In this document: one piece after another, positions 1 through 12,900 of the stretch
Position numbering within the stretch: position 1 is the first letter of the stretch
Layout: every line of letters starts with the position of its first letter
NCBI GenBank assembly: GCA_964106645.2
Contig: OZ067038.1
DNA length: 64,000 nt
Source of the DNA: Podarcis pityusensis
Lineage: Eukaryota
Direction: 5' to 3' (one strand)
Notes under the pieces: model-generated
The model's input: only the letters and a program-made list of their open reading frames with translations
What the model was told of the DNA's origin: nothing
Databases searched by the model: none
Program-made: the position numbers and the translations under genes

Positions 1-134
1 AATGTTTTAATCATCTTGCAGCATTACAAAGTGTTGTCCTAACATGATAATTGATTGATAGTATCTGGTAGATACAAGATGAATTTTTCAAGAAAGCATT
101 TTAGTAAAATGTAAATAATTTTTTCCCCATACAG

Positions 135-3100
135 AGATTTCTAGCTCTATTATTGTGTCTTCTGAGGAAGAAAGAACTGAGAGTTACACCAGCGGCCTAC
201 AATTATCTGATAGAGATAAAACACTTGAACTCATGCCTGAAGATCCAGTTTATTCTAGCAGTTTAGAGGTGAAAAGGGAGAAGAGCAATGTCCCAACCTT
301 CCTCAAGCATGTGTCAAATGTTGAAATAAGTTTAGGAGATTTAGCTAGACTTTCTGTTGTAGTTACTGGGGATCCAAAACCACAGATACAATGGTATTTC
401 AATAGTGTTAAGCTGACATCATCTGCAGACTACAAGTTTGTGTTTGATGATGAAAACTATAGCCTCATTATTCTCTCCACAAAATTTGACCATGAAGGGG
501 AATATACTTGCATTGCTAGTAATATCCATGGAGAGACGGCCTGCTCTGCTTATCTGAAGGTCAATCCTAAGGGAGAGGAAAGGGAACTGGAGGCAGAATT
601 CACTGCAGAGAAGACAGGAAGTCCTCGACCTCCATATTTTGTTAGGAACCTAGATCCTGTTCAGTGTGCACAAGGTGCTCCTGCTGTGTTTGAGTACAAA
701 GTGGCTGGGGATCCCCCTCCAGAAATTCAGTGGTTTAGGGGAAACAACCAGATTTTCTCCTGTGCACAATACACTATCATTCATAATCGAGATGGTTCTG
801 GGTCACTAATGGTGAATAACTGCCAGGGGGTCGATGGTGGCTTATACATCTGTAAGGGAATCAACCTCATAGGTGAAGCCTCTAGCAGTGCAGAACTTCT
901 TGTTCTCTTAGACGTGCCTGGGGAGGCTCCATATAAGGAACAGAAGAGTAAACAGAAAACACGCACCAAGTCATATAAAGAAACTGTAAGTGACGAGGCT
1001 ACTGTCTCACGGATATATGCCGTTAAACTGCCTGGTGATGATAGGCATGATGGGCAGCATGTGATGTATACAATTGGAACTGAAGATAGGCATTCACTAC
1101 ATAGTGAAGTAGTAGACGTTTTGCAGGTGGCTTCCTACTCAACAGCTACTGTACAGCAGGAAGCCCTTGTGACCCAACAAGTAGCCTTGCTTGAGTCTCA
1201 CAAAGTTGGAGAAATTGCAGATCCATCATCTCAGGCCAATGAAAAGGTGGCTTCTTCAGCTTTTACCACAGGTGAGGTGAAGGAGCACCCCGGTTTCCTA
1301 GAGCAACACTCTGAACCAATTCAAAGCCCACCAATAGTCGAATTGCCAGGTTCCTGGTGCCACCAAGTTTCTGACATCTGTTTACCTGTTGTGGAGGAAA
1401 TAAACCAAGAAGACAAAGAAAAGGGGCTGCAAACCAAGCTTCCAGAAATGGTCAGGCCAATGTCAGCTATAGAGCAAACATCTCAATTTGCCTCCATTAT
1501 ATCTGAGGAGAAATATGTGGTAAGCCCCGGTGAGTCTGCTGTATTCTCAGTCCCAGGAGCTGAGGAAGTTATTGAAACCAGTGAGCCTAAACATGCAGTG
1601 TGTGTTCCTAGAATTGAGGGCATCCAAGAATTGTCCAAGGAAAGTTCTTTGGCAGACCACACACACAAGTGGGAGAATGTCACACCAGCTAAAGAACAAG
1701 GCAGCTTTTTTCAGTCTGTTGTAGCAGCAGAACAATGCAAGATAAGTGAAGCTCATGCTGAGGCAATTGATTATGCTGATTCACCTGCAGAAGTTCGTCC
1801 AACCCAAGAATCATCCAATGTATTACATGTGGCTACGATTGCCTCTGAACAGATGTTCCCCAAAGAGTCCGCCTTTGATGCAACCATTGCAGAGCAGCAG
1901 AAGGGCTCGCTGGAACAGGACAGGCTTGTCCAAACAGCTCTGGTTGCTGAAGAAAAGCAGCAGCTCTCTGATGAACACACTGAGGACCTTCCCAGGTTAG
2001 ACTGCGTGGTGGTAGCGGAAATCCAAAGAGAGGGTGAAAAGCCACTGCATTTGCCTGTTGTACATGGACAAGACTCGCTTCCTAGAGAAGAGCATTTTAG
2101 TTCTGAGGTGCCCCTGGAAGATGAGGCGCTGTCTAGGAAAAGCCCATGTTTGCTACACTGCTTAGTAACAGAAGAACAAGTCTCCACCTCTTGTGAAGAT
2201 GCTAAGCAGTTTCCTCCTCTGGCAGAGGCAGTTAGCATTCAGGTCACCCAGGAGCCCATTTCTGTGTTGCATCTCCAAACGAGCCAAACTGAGCAAGTGT
2301 TGCCTAAGGAAGGCATCTTGGCTGTACAAGAACCTGAACCCCAAAATGCTTTGCAGAAAGCTGAAATAATGCTCAAACGTTCTGTGGCGTCTGAGGAAAA
2401 AAACCAGATAGCTGCCGAGGCCCTAGAGGCCTTTCAGAGTGGCATTGCTGGAGAATACCCTGTGGCTATAGCAGAGCCTCAGCTTCGTAAGTGTCTGACC
2501 ACTGTGGCTGAGGAGATGCTTCTGCCCAAAGAGGAAATCCTCCCCGAAGTAGGAAAAGAGCAGAAAGCTACCCTGGGGAAGGAAGACTTTCAAACAGTGA
2601 TGCAGGTATCTGATGTGACTGAAGAGAGGGTCTTGGATGTCGGACATGCTGAGCCATTTGAGGCTGTTCAGGTCATGAGTTGTGAGGTGGTGTCTGAGCC
2701 CAGGTTGCCTTCAGAATCCACCTGCGTTGAGGAGCAAGGTGTTCCGATAGAGAGCATCGATCTCTTGGAAGCCACAGAGCAAGAATTTGCAGCCTGCATC
2801 CAAGAAGGTCAGTCAGTCAGGCTCCCGTTGTTATTGGAGGAAAAACAGCCATTAAAGGAAGAGCACTTGGACAAGATCGCAAGGCCAGATGCTGAGAATG
2901 TAAAGGCCCAAAAGCAACTGGGGCTGCTTATGGATGTGCCTGAAACATGGGAAAACAAAGTGCTTCGGAAAGAAGAAGAACTTGCAGTTGAGACTCCAGT
3001 ATGTTGTAGCTTAGATATGAAGGCTCAGATCAGAAGGGCCCTGAAAGTAGCTCTGACAAATGAACAGCACTTATTTCCATTGGATGCTTTCGATGATATT

Positions 3101-3998
3101 GAGAGTGTTCAATTAAAAACTGTAACAGTGATCAAAGAACCTAAACATGCAACATGTACTTGCCTTATAATCTTGGAAAGTTCCAATACTGCAGAAATAG
3201 CTCTCTCTCTAGATGGAATATATTCTCAGACAGCTGATTTCAAAAGTGAATTGCAAGCTGCTGTTCATTCCATTATTTATGATGAGAAACATGTTCTGAC
3301 AGCAGAGGAACCCAGTGCCATAGCAGAACCTAAACACCACAAGTTGCTTGCTTCTTGTTCACCTTCCAAACTAATGCAGTCTGCTACTGTAACTGAGACA
3401 CCTGTTCAGCAACAATCTGTCAGTAATATCATTGGTTCACCTGAGCCACATCATGCTTACCTGAGTACTGAATCAGAAATACAGGAGGAGCAACTTGTGT
3501 CTATTCAAGAAGTCCAAACTATTGCTCTAAGTGAGCACATTAAAGATGTAGGTACAACCACACTCACGCTTGATATTCCTGTAGCAGCAGCCCCAGCTGA
3601 GAGGTTAATAGATGCTCTAAAAGTGAAAGAGAGAAAGGAAGAACTTTTTGAGGAAAATGAAGAGGAGGCACATGTAGTTAAGGCTAGCAAACAAGAAGAC
3701 AGTCTGGTGAGCAGGGATTGTCCCATCATGCGCCAAAGTTTTATAGACACTGTTGTTGAAGAAGGTGACAGCGTAAGTCTTACTTCCATTATAGAAAATG
3801 TTAAAGTGGTGAATTGGTATTTTGGGGATAAGCTGGTATCTTCAGGAAATGAGTTCAAGTGCTTGCAAGACCATGACACATACACACTAGTAATCAACCA
3901 AGCATTCAAGGAAGTGCATCAAGGCGAGTACACCTGTGAGGCTCTGAATGAAGGTGGAAAAACAACAGCAGCAGCGAAACTCACAGTTGTAAAAAGAG
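135..3998 (+). CDS. TTN: N2B exon (human exon 49 equivalent): I24, I25, N2B unique sequence, I26
   Basis: acag|AG..AG|gttgga, 3864 nt; [33 protein letters not shown] match remembered human N2B. Confidence 0.95.
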
Positions 3999-6900
3999 GT
4001 TGGAATATGGGGATAAAATATTGCTTTCCTATTTTCACTCATTTGCTAACTGAATAGAACACACATATACATATTTGTATCTCTAGTAGCATTTTGGATA
4101 CAGATATAAGAAGTATATAAACTTCAGCTGTGCATCACCAAACTAATCACAAATCCTCCACTTTTTGTTTCCTCTTTAGAACTTTTATTTCTTTAAATAT
4201 ATTTCTTATTCACACCTTTTATTTGCATTTTGCACTTTTTGGTACTGAAACAAAATCAACTTTTGTTTCATGAATGATGATTGTTAAATAAAACTATTTG
4301 TAATTTCAGATTTTTTTAAAAGAGTGCATGTCTTAGGAGCACTTTCATCCCCATATCCACAGAGCAACTTGGTTCACTTTTCCTTTTCATTGCTACAATA
4401 AAGATGCAATCCTGAACACGCTTACTAGGGAGGAAGCCCCACTGAGCACAGTGAGACTTGCTTCTGAGTAGACGTGCCAAGAGATTGCACAGCACGTTGT
4501 AGAAGTCATTGCACCATTCTAGCATAATGTCACACATTTCATGTTGAAAATGTTCTGGTACAACCTGGTATAATTTCATATATCATGTTGTTTGCATGCC
4601 TTTAATAGTAAGTAGCACATCAGAGTATCTTCAGAGTTCCATTATGCACTGCAGTGTATGTAGCCCTCTGGTAGACTGGGCACTGCTTTCGGTTTGCTTT
4701 CACCTCTGACAACCATTTTTCTTTACAGCCACTTTCCTTGGATAGCTCATGAAACCACACATCTCATTTCTGTTGGTCACTTTATTAACAGTGTTTTGGA
4801 ATGTACACTTATAAGCACCATACATGCTATTAGTATTACAATATCCACATGAACGTGGATGGTTGTAACCACATTATTCTTTCACTTTTAACTTCAGTTG
4901 GACCCATACTGAGGAGAAGGCTGGAATCCCAAGAAGTCGCTGTGAACCACCTTGCCAAGTTCACCTGCGAGATCGAGATGGCGCCAGACGTACGGTTTCA
5001 ATGGTACAGAGCCGGTCGGGAAATCTATGATGGCGACAAGTATACCATACACACCGCTAATTATACATCCACTCTTCAAATCCCGAGACCGCAAGTAGTT
5101 GACTGTGGCGAATACAGCTGCAAAGCTTCCAATAAGTATGGCAGCGTAAGCAGCAAAGCAACCTTAACGGTAACTGGTAAGTGCGAGACATGAACCCTGT
5201 GCTGCTTCCTTGTTAGGTAACTGAACGTGTTCACCATTAGCATGTGGTAAAATGCATCTACGGCCAATAGCAGACTAAGGATTTCCATTTCTGTGCATAT
5301 AGAAATAGAAGAAAATACCAGGTATTTGGCCCCCAGGTTCAACGTACATATCCAGGAGCAAAAAATGTATTTTCATCGGAAGCTGAGTCAAAGAACAGAT
5401 TTGTAATTATTGTATATTATTTCTGAACTCTTTTAAGTGTGGAGGAAAACTTACGAATAATAAAGGGAATACTCTAGATGTGCACCATTTGGTACAAGCA
5501 CACACACTAAAAGCACCTCTCTCTAGTGATGGAAGAACTGCAGTTGGTGAAGGAGATTGTAGGCAAGAACTTCCACACTTAAAGCATTTCACACTGGGGT
5601 CGGGAGGAGAGAAGAATGCAGCAATGGCATGGATTGTGCCCAGAGGCATTTGAAATGTTTTTTGATTCCGTCATATTCACCTATAAACATTCGCTCTTAA
5701 ATGTCTTAAGCTTCTCAAAAAGATTATAGTATTAACTGAGTCGTCTGATCATGATCTTGCCTGGGATGCAGTCGATTTTATTTACTCTTTGAGATCCATG
5801 CTTACAGACGTAGTGGGTGGTGGGAGCCATCTTGAAGTGAATAAAGGATACATAATGACATCGCTCTTTTAAAAAGATCTCCCTAGGCCTTTTTATTACT
5901 ATAATAATTGCCTATACCTTTCATCTTACTGGAATCTGTATTGCTGGTTAATTCATGACATGCACTTCAAATCGTCACATGTAAACCTAATTTCATGACT
6001 AAATAACTCTTGCTAGATGGCTTTTAAAACTGCTCTTTTAGATAACAAATAACTCTGGCTAGATGGCTTTTAAAACTGCTAGATCATCGTAATGATTTAC
6101 TGGATGTATTGAGTCTTGGGAATCTTTACTGCACATTATTTCTAGGCAATTTAATGTGTGTATATGGAGACAGCGTTTCTGTCTCCTTTCTTTGGTGCTG
6201 GGGTGTGGGGAAAAGGTTGCTGTATTGGCCAAGTCCATGTCAACTTTCCCCCCTTTCTTTTGCAGAAGCGTTTCCTCCAACCTTTCTAACCAGACCCGAA
6301 TCTATTACTACTTTTGTGGGTAAGAGTGCCAGGTTCCTCTGCACAGTGGCAGGCACCCCCGTAATCGACACAGTGTGGCAGAAAGATGGTGCCGCCATTT
6401 CTTCCACAGAACACTGCAAGATTTCAGCTTCTGAGAATAAGCACAGTTTAGAGATTCCACGCCTCACAGTAAATGACAGGGGGGTATATACCTGCAAAGC
6501 CTCAAACAAATTTGGAGCAGACATCTGCCAGGCAGAAATAGCTGTCATTGATAAACCACGATTCGTCAAGGAACTGCAGTCTGTTCAGTCTGCAGTCAAT
6601 AAGAAGATACATCTTGAATGCCAAGTGGATGAAGACAGGAAAGTCACAGTATCCTGGAGCAAGGATGGAACCCGAATACCTCCAGGCAAAGATTACAAGA
6701 TTTGCTTTGAAGACAAGATAGCATCACTTGATATCCCTCTGTCTAAACTTAAAGATTCAGGAACATATGCATGCACTGCTGCAAATGAGGCTGGAAGTAG
6801 CTCTTCTTCGGCCACTGTAACAATCAGAGGTAAGGAAATTGTCGGCCTGCTAAACTTGGTGCCATTTATGTCCTCTTATTTATAGTAGTTGCGCTTCAGA

Positions 6901-9900
6901 GAGGAGCTGCCAGAGTCGCACCACGGGTTGAAGTGGGCCCCGCCACACCCCCACAGCACCCTGATTGGCCACCTGGCAAATGGTGTGGCCGGGTCACCCT
7001 CAACGTGACGCAGGATGCTATCCTGCAGCATGCTGAGGCGCGGGTGGGGCCTGGTGGCCTGAGCGCAACCCGGTCCCACGCGGAACCGATTTGTTAGTTC
7101 CAAATAATGAAGAAGTGAGAGGTAACATTAAGAAGGAAAAAGCTAATCATAGCACATTTCTCCAAGTGTGGTGTGGTGTTTCTTTGTAAAAAGAAAAGCT
7201 ACAATCTTTTTCACTCGTCTTTGTGTCTTTACTAAAGCTTATTGTCTGATTTCCTTAAATGTGCAAACTTTATTCCAGTGTTGACTAAAACTGTCATTTA
7301 TTTATTTTTCCATCCTAGGTGATTCTTTAGAGAAGTTCTGGTTACCATGATAAAAAGCAGAATTAAGAGCAATGGCAGGAATTGGAGTTTTGTCCTGGAT
7401 AGATATCTGCATGCTTCTCAATAGCTTGTCTTTGTAATTGTCCTATCAAATCGATCTTCTTAAGGTGTTATATTTCAGGCTTCTTTCTTTCTGAACTTTT
7501 CTTCTAGAGCCACCATCGTTCCTGAAGAAAGTGGACCCCTCTTACTTGTTGACTCCTGGAGAGTCAGCACATCTTCAGTGCAAAATCAAAGGGTCTCCTG
7601 AGATCCAGGTGACATGGTACAAAAATAACAAAGAAATTAGAGAGAGCGACACACAGAGGATGTCTTTTGCCAATAACGTGGCTGTGCTAGATATTACCAA
7701 TGTGAAAGTTGATGACAGTGGAAGTTACTCGTGCGAAGCAGCTAATGATGCTGGCAGTGACAGCTGTAGTACAGAGATTGTTGTCAAAGGTTTGTTCTTA
7801 AACCCAGGGGTGCTTTCTTTTCAAGGTGCTCTGTTCTGCTGCAAGTGTACTATCGGTCACTAATTCTTTATTCATGCTTTGATGATTTTATAGAGCCTCC
7901 TACTTTCATCAAGACTCTTGAGCCAGGCGACATAGTGAGAGGAATGAATGCCACTCTTCATTGTGAGGTTTCTGGTACTGGACCATTTGAAATCAGTTGG
8001 TTTAAAGACAGGAAACAAATTCGCAGTAGTAAAAAATACAGGTTGACTTCCCAAAAGTCTCTTATCTCTCTGGAGATTTCCTCATTTAATAGTGCAGATG
8101 TTGGTGAATACGAATGTTCCATAGCGAATGAAGTTGGAAAATGTGTTTGCAGTGCAACATATATACTGAAAGGTTAGTGAGCAAGTGAACAAACAAAACC
8201 TATTTTTAACATAGTGCAAAAGGAGAAAATAACTCTTTCGTGGAAACCAATTTTTCTTTTTTAGTTGTCTCCTTTCCTTCTCTTTCTGTGTCTTGTTGCA
8301 TCTTGGAATCTTTTCTTATATTCTTGAACGCAGGAATAAAGGCAGAGAACAGATTTCATTGAAATTAATTCCCAAGCAAGAGGCTGTTTTACACATGTTT
8401 AGGGGTGGAGGAGAAAGTCAATTCAGTTCTCTTTTAAAGGTGACCTTACCTTTCAAGACAATATGCGGACCAGAACATGGCTAGCCTTTCAAATTCACAC
8501 TTCTCTGAATTTTGCAATGCAGTGTTGCAGCTGGGAAATGAATACTAAAATGGAAAATAGTTTTGGGAAATAGTGAATATTGGGCAAAACAGCATTAAAA
8601 ATGTGTGTGGTAGAAGAAATGCACACTAAAATGCTGATAAATTTTCACGAGGACTTCTTTTAAAAACTGCAAACTGATGTGGAAATGTGAGGACTCAATT
8701 TAAGACTTTTTTAAAAAGAGGAACTGATAGGTTTGCCCATCCCTACACATGATATGTAAAGAGTTTATTGCTTCTGTCAGCTTGTGATACAAATGTAAAA
8801 CCTACCCAAGTCAGAATTCTAATTTGCAATGCTAATGCATCTTTTCATCTCTCATCCCCCACATTATCAGTACTCAAAGTTCCACCAAGTAATGAAAGAG
8901 GAGCCCAAAGGCAATTCATATGTAAAAAATTCTCTTAGCATTCCCACATACTTACTTAAGAGTAAGCCTCGCTGAACTCAGTGGGACTTACCTCTGAGTA
9001 GCAACGTCTATGGTTGGTCTATTAGCCTTTCCTTTGAGGAGTATAAAGTAAAGGTAAAGGTACCCCTGCCCGTACGGGCCAGTCGTGTCCGACTCTAGGG
9101 TTGTGCGCCCATCTCACTTAAGAGGCCGGGGGCCAGCGCTGTCGGGAGACACTTCCGGGTCACGTGGCCAGCGTGACAAAGCTGCATCTGGTGATCCAGC
9201 GCAGCACACGGAAACGCCGTTTACCTTCCCGCCAGTAAGCAGTCCCTATTTATCTACTTGCACCCGGGGGTGCTTTCGAACTGCTAGGTTGGCAGGCGCT
9301 GGGACCGAGCAACGGGAGCGCACCCTGCCGTGGGGATTCGAACCGCCGACCTTTCGATCGGCAAGTCCTAGGCACTGAGGCTTTTACCCACAGCGCCACC
9401 CACGTTGAGGAGTATAATGTCATGCAAATCAGAGGGATTCCAACATAAAGCATAGCCAAAAGGCAAAATCTCTACTCCCGACATCCTTCTGAGAAGCAAG
9501 CTTTGGTGCCCAGTAAAAGAATTCCTCTTTTACTCTTCCTAGTCCCCTCATTTACACCAGTAGTGGGGAACCTGTGGTCCTTCAAGTGTTGCTGAACTAC
9601 AATTCCCATCAGCCCCAGCCAGCATGTCCAATTTGTAGTTCATCAACATCTGGAGGACCAAAGGTTCTCCACTCCTGGTTTACTTCAATGATGGGGAACC
9701 TGTAGCCCTCCAGATGTTGTTGGACCCCATAATTTCTGACCATTGGCTAATGGGGTGGGAGTTGGAGTACAATATCTAGAGTGCCACAGGTTCCTCACCT
9801 CTACTTCACCTGGATTAATTTGCCTGCTGTCAAATGGAAGACATTTACTTATTGCTCAACAAATAATGATTCGTTCCTCTGTCTCCAGATTGAAATGGTA

Positions 9901-12900
9901 AATTTTCCCCTAACATTCAGAGGTAGAAATCCATAAAAGACGTTGCCATTGTATCCAGAAGGCAATTTATTTTCTTTAAAAAGCCTTAAATGCAGCACCA
10001 AGCACCATATGATGCAATGATAGATAAGGGTTTTTCTTCCTTCCTTTCTTTTTCAAATTAGAACCTCCCTCTTTCATTAAGAAAATCGAAGATGTTACTG
10101 CACTCGCTGGGGATGAAGTTTTCTTACAGGCAGCTGTGAGAGGCTCAGCTCCTATTTCTGTCACTTGGATGAAGGGGAAAGATATTATTAAAGAAGATAA
10201 CAAAGTCAAAGTGACCTTTGAAAATGGCATTGCAACTTTGCAAATCACAGATGTCCAGATTAGTTCTGGTGGTAAATATACATGTCTGGCTGAGAATGAT
10301 GCAGGAAGCCAAACATGTTTTGGAGAATTAGCAGTCAAAGGTCAGTGTAGGAGCACTTTAAGATCACACAATTCTTCTTATACACAGGCATATTGTTTGC
10401 ATTAGCTCTATAATGACCACTGTTTAATTCTGTTATAGAGCCTGCTACCATTGTTGAGAGAGCTGAATTCATTCAGGTGACAGCAGGGGACCCAGCAACT
10501 CTGGAATACACTGTTGCAGGCACTCCAGAGCTAAAAACGAAATGGTTCAAAGACGGAAAGCCTCTGGCTTCTAACAAAAAGTATAGAATCAGTTTTAAGA
10601 ACAATGTTGCTCAGTTGAAATTCTACACCGCCGAATTGCACGATACTGGCGAAATCACCTTTGAAGTTTCAAACGATGTTGGACGCAGTTCGTGCACCAC
10701 CTCATTTACTGTGTTAGGTTGGTAATCCAGTAGCGCTACTGCGATTTAGATGGTAGAACAATTAGAAGGCGGGAGGTGGAAGGGGACACTCCTAAAACAC
10801 TCTTTTTGATATATATTGGTTTTCTTTTCTTTGCTGTGCCTTGGAACAGATCGCACCCTTCCTCCGTTCTTTACCAAACCTCTGCGGAACGTGGATAGCG
10901 CGGTTGGTGGCTCCTGCCACTTTGACTGCAAAGTATCAGGTTCTCTTCCAATAAAAGTGTCTTGGTTTAAGCATGACAAAGAGATCACTGCCAGTGCCAA
11001 GTATGCAATACGCTACGAAGAAGGTTCAGCGTCTTTGGACATCAAACACCTGGATACCAATGACGCAGGAGTGTATTCCTGTAGAGCTACTAACTCTGCA
11101 GGGGGCAAAGAAAGCCATGGAACTTTAACGATAAAAGGTTTGACATCTTCTTTTGCATTCTCTTCTCAGTATCTCTTTTAACCGTTCTTTCCCCACCCCC
11201 TTTTAAACTCCTCACTACATTAAGTTGCACTACTGATTCTTTCCAACTCTTTCTTTCAAACAATGTGTAGAGCCACCTAGCTTCGTGACAGAGCCAGAGT
11301 CTCAAGAAATATCTCCCGGGTCAACAGTGCGCTTGAAGAGTACATTTAAGGGAACAGCGCCACTCTCTGTACAGTGGTTTAAGGGTGATGCTGAGCTAAC
11401 AACCGGCGGAGCTTGTTACATCATGACGGAAGCTTTGTCAAGTTACTTGGAGCTTTACGCTGTGAAACCTGCTGATTCTGGCGCCTATTCTTGCAAAGTC
11501 AGCAACGCGGCTGGTTCAGCCTCATGCAGTGCAAACTTGTTTGTCCAAGGTTTGCACAACTCTTTCTCTTATGATGATATGCTTGGGTGGCGATTTGAGG
11601 TGCCTCTTATTTTTCCTTAACCTCTTTCTACAACTCTTCTTAATAACATTCTTTAATTCCACAGAACCTGCTACTTTCGTGGAAAGACTTGAGCCGTCGC
11701 AGTTGATTAAGAAAGGAGAATACGCCCAATTAGAATGTAAAGTTACAGGCACGCCTGAAATTAAAATCTCTTGGTTCAAGGATGACAGGGAGATTAAAGA
11801 CAGTGCCAAACACAAGATGACTTTGGTGGGCTCCACAGCAGTACTCAGACTCTTGGATGTCACTCTTGAAGACTGTGGTGAATATACATGTGAGGCAAAA
11901 AATGATGCTGGGAAAGATACCTGCAGTAGTGTCGTGGTTGTAAAAGGTGTGTGCAAAAGTACCCCTGCACTCAATTTTCTCAGCAAGTCTTTCAAGCCTT
12001 TTAAAGGTCCCAGAACCAATTAACAACCCCCACTCTTTCCTTCTGTCTTGTGCTATAGAGTCACCTTACTTTGTCAAGGAATTTGAACCAAGGGAAGTGT
12101 TAAAAGACTCAGATGTGATACTGGAATGTGAGGTCTTAGGTACCCCTCCGTTTGAGGTCTATTGGCTAAAGGACAACAAACCTGTGAGGAGCAGTAGAAA
12201 GCACAGAATAAGCATTGAGAATTCCTTGATTAGCCTCCAGGTTTTCAAGTTTGACTCTTCAGATGCAGGAGAATACCAGTGCAGGGTAACAAACGATGTA
12301 GGAAGCTGTGTCTGTAGCTCTGAGTTGGCTCTGAAAGGTCAGTACCGCCTGGAAAATATAATAATTTAATTCTGATGTTTAGTTGAGGCTAATACTCACC
12401 AAGGCACCTATTCTTTCAATAGAACCCCCACAATTTGTGAAGAGGATTGAGAACATTAGCTCGCTTAGAGGAGGCACAATAGTGTTTCAAGCAACTATTA
12501 AAGGTTCCATGCCTATAACAGTCTCTTGGCTGAAAGATAATGATGACATTGTTGAAGACGATAACACCAAAATGACCTTTGTGAACAATGTGGCCACTCT
12601 TATGATCAGGGCCATAGAAGTGAAGCACGATGGGAAATATTTTTGCCAGGCTAAAAATGATGCTGGAATCCAAAGATGTTCTGCTTTACTAACAGTAAAA
12701 GGTTTGTAGAGCTTCCTCCCACCTCCTTAATTTATAGCATCGTGTTTTGCTAACATCTACACTTCAAGTCACCCAGACTCATATTTGCTCCTGTATTTAC
12801 CACAGAGGCAGCCACCATCACTGATAAAGCTGTTTCAATTGATGTCACGGAAGGCGACCCAGCCACATTGCAGTGTAGATTTTCAGGAACAAAAGATATT

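Noticed and set aside
1771-2238. 155-aa antisense ORF (also 3505-3909)
   Set aside because: Shadow of the sense N2B coding frame; no independent signal.
9085-9459. Recurrent peptide [16 protein letters not shown] in several ORFs
   Set aside because: Chance translation of non-coding Sauria SINE copies.
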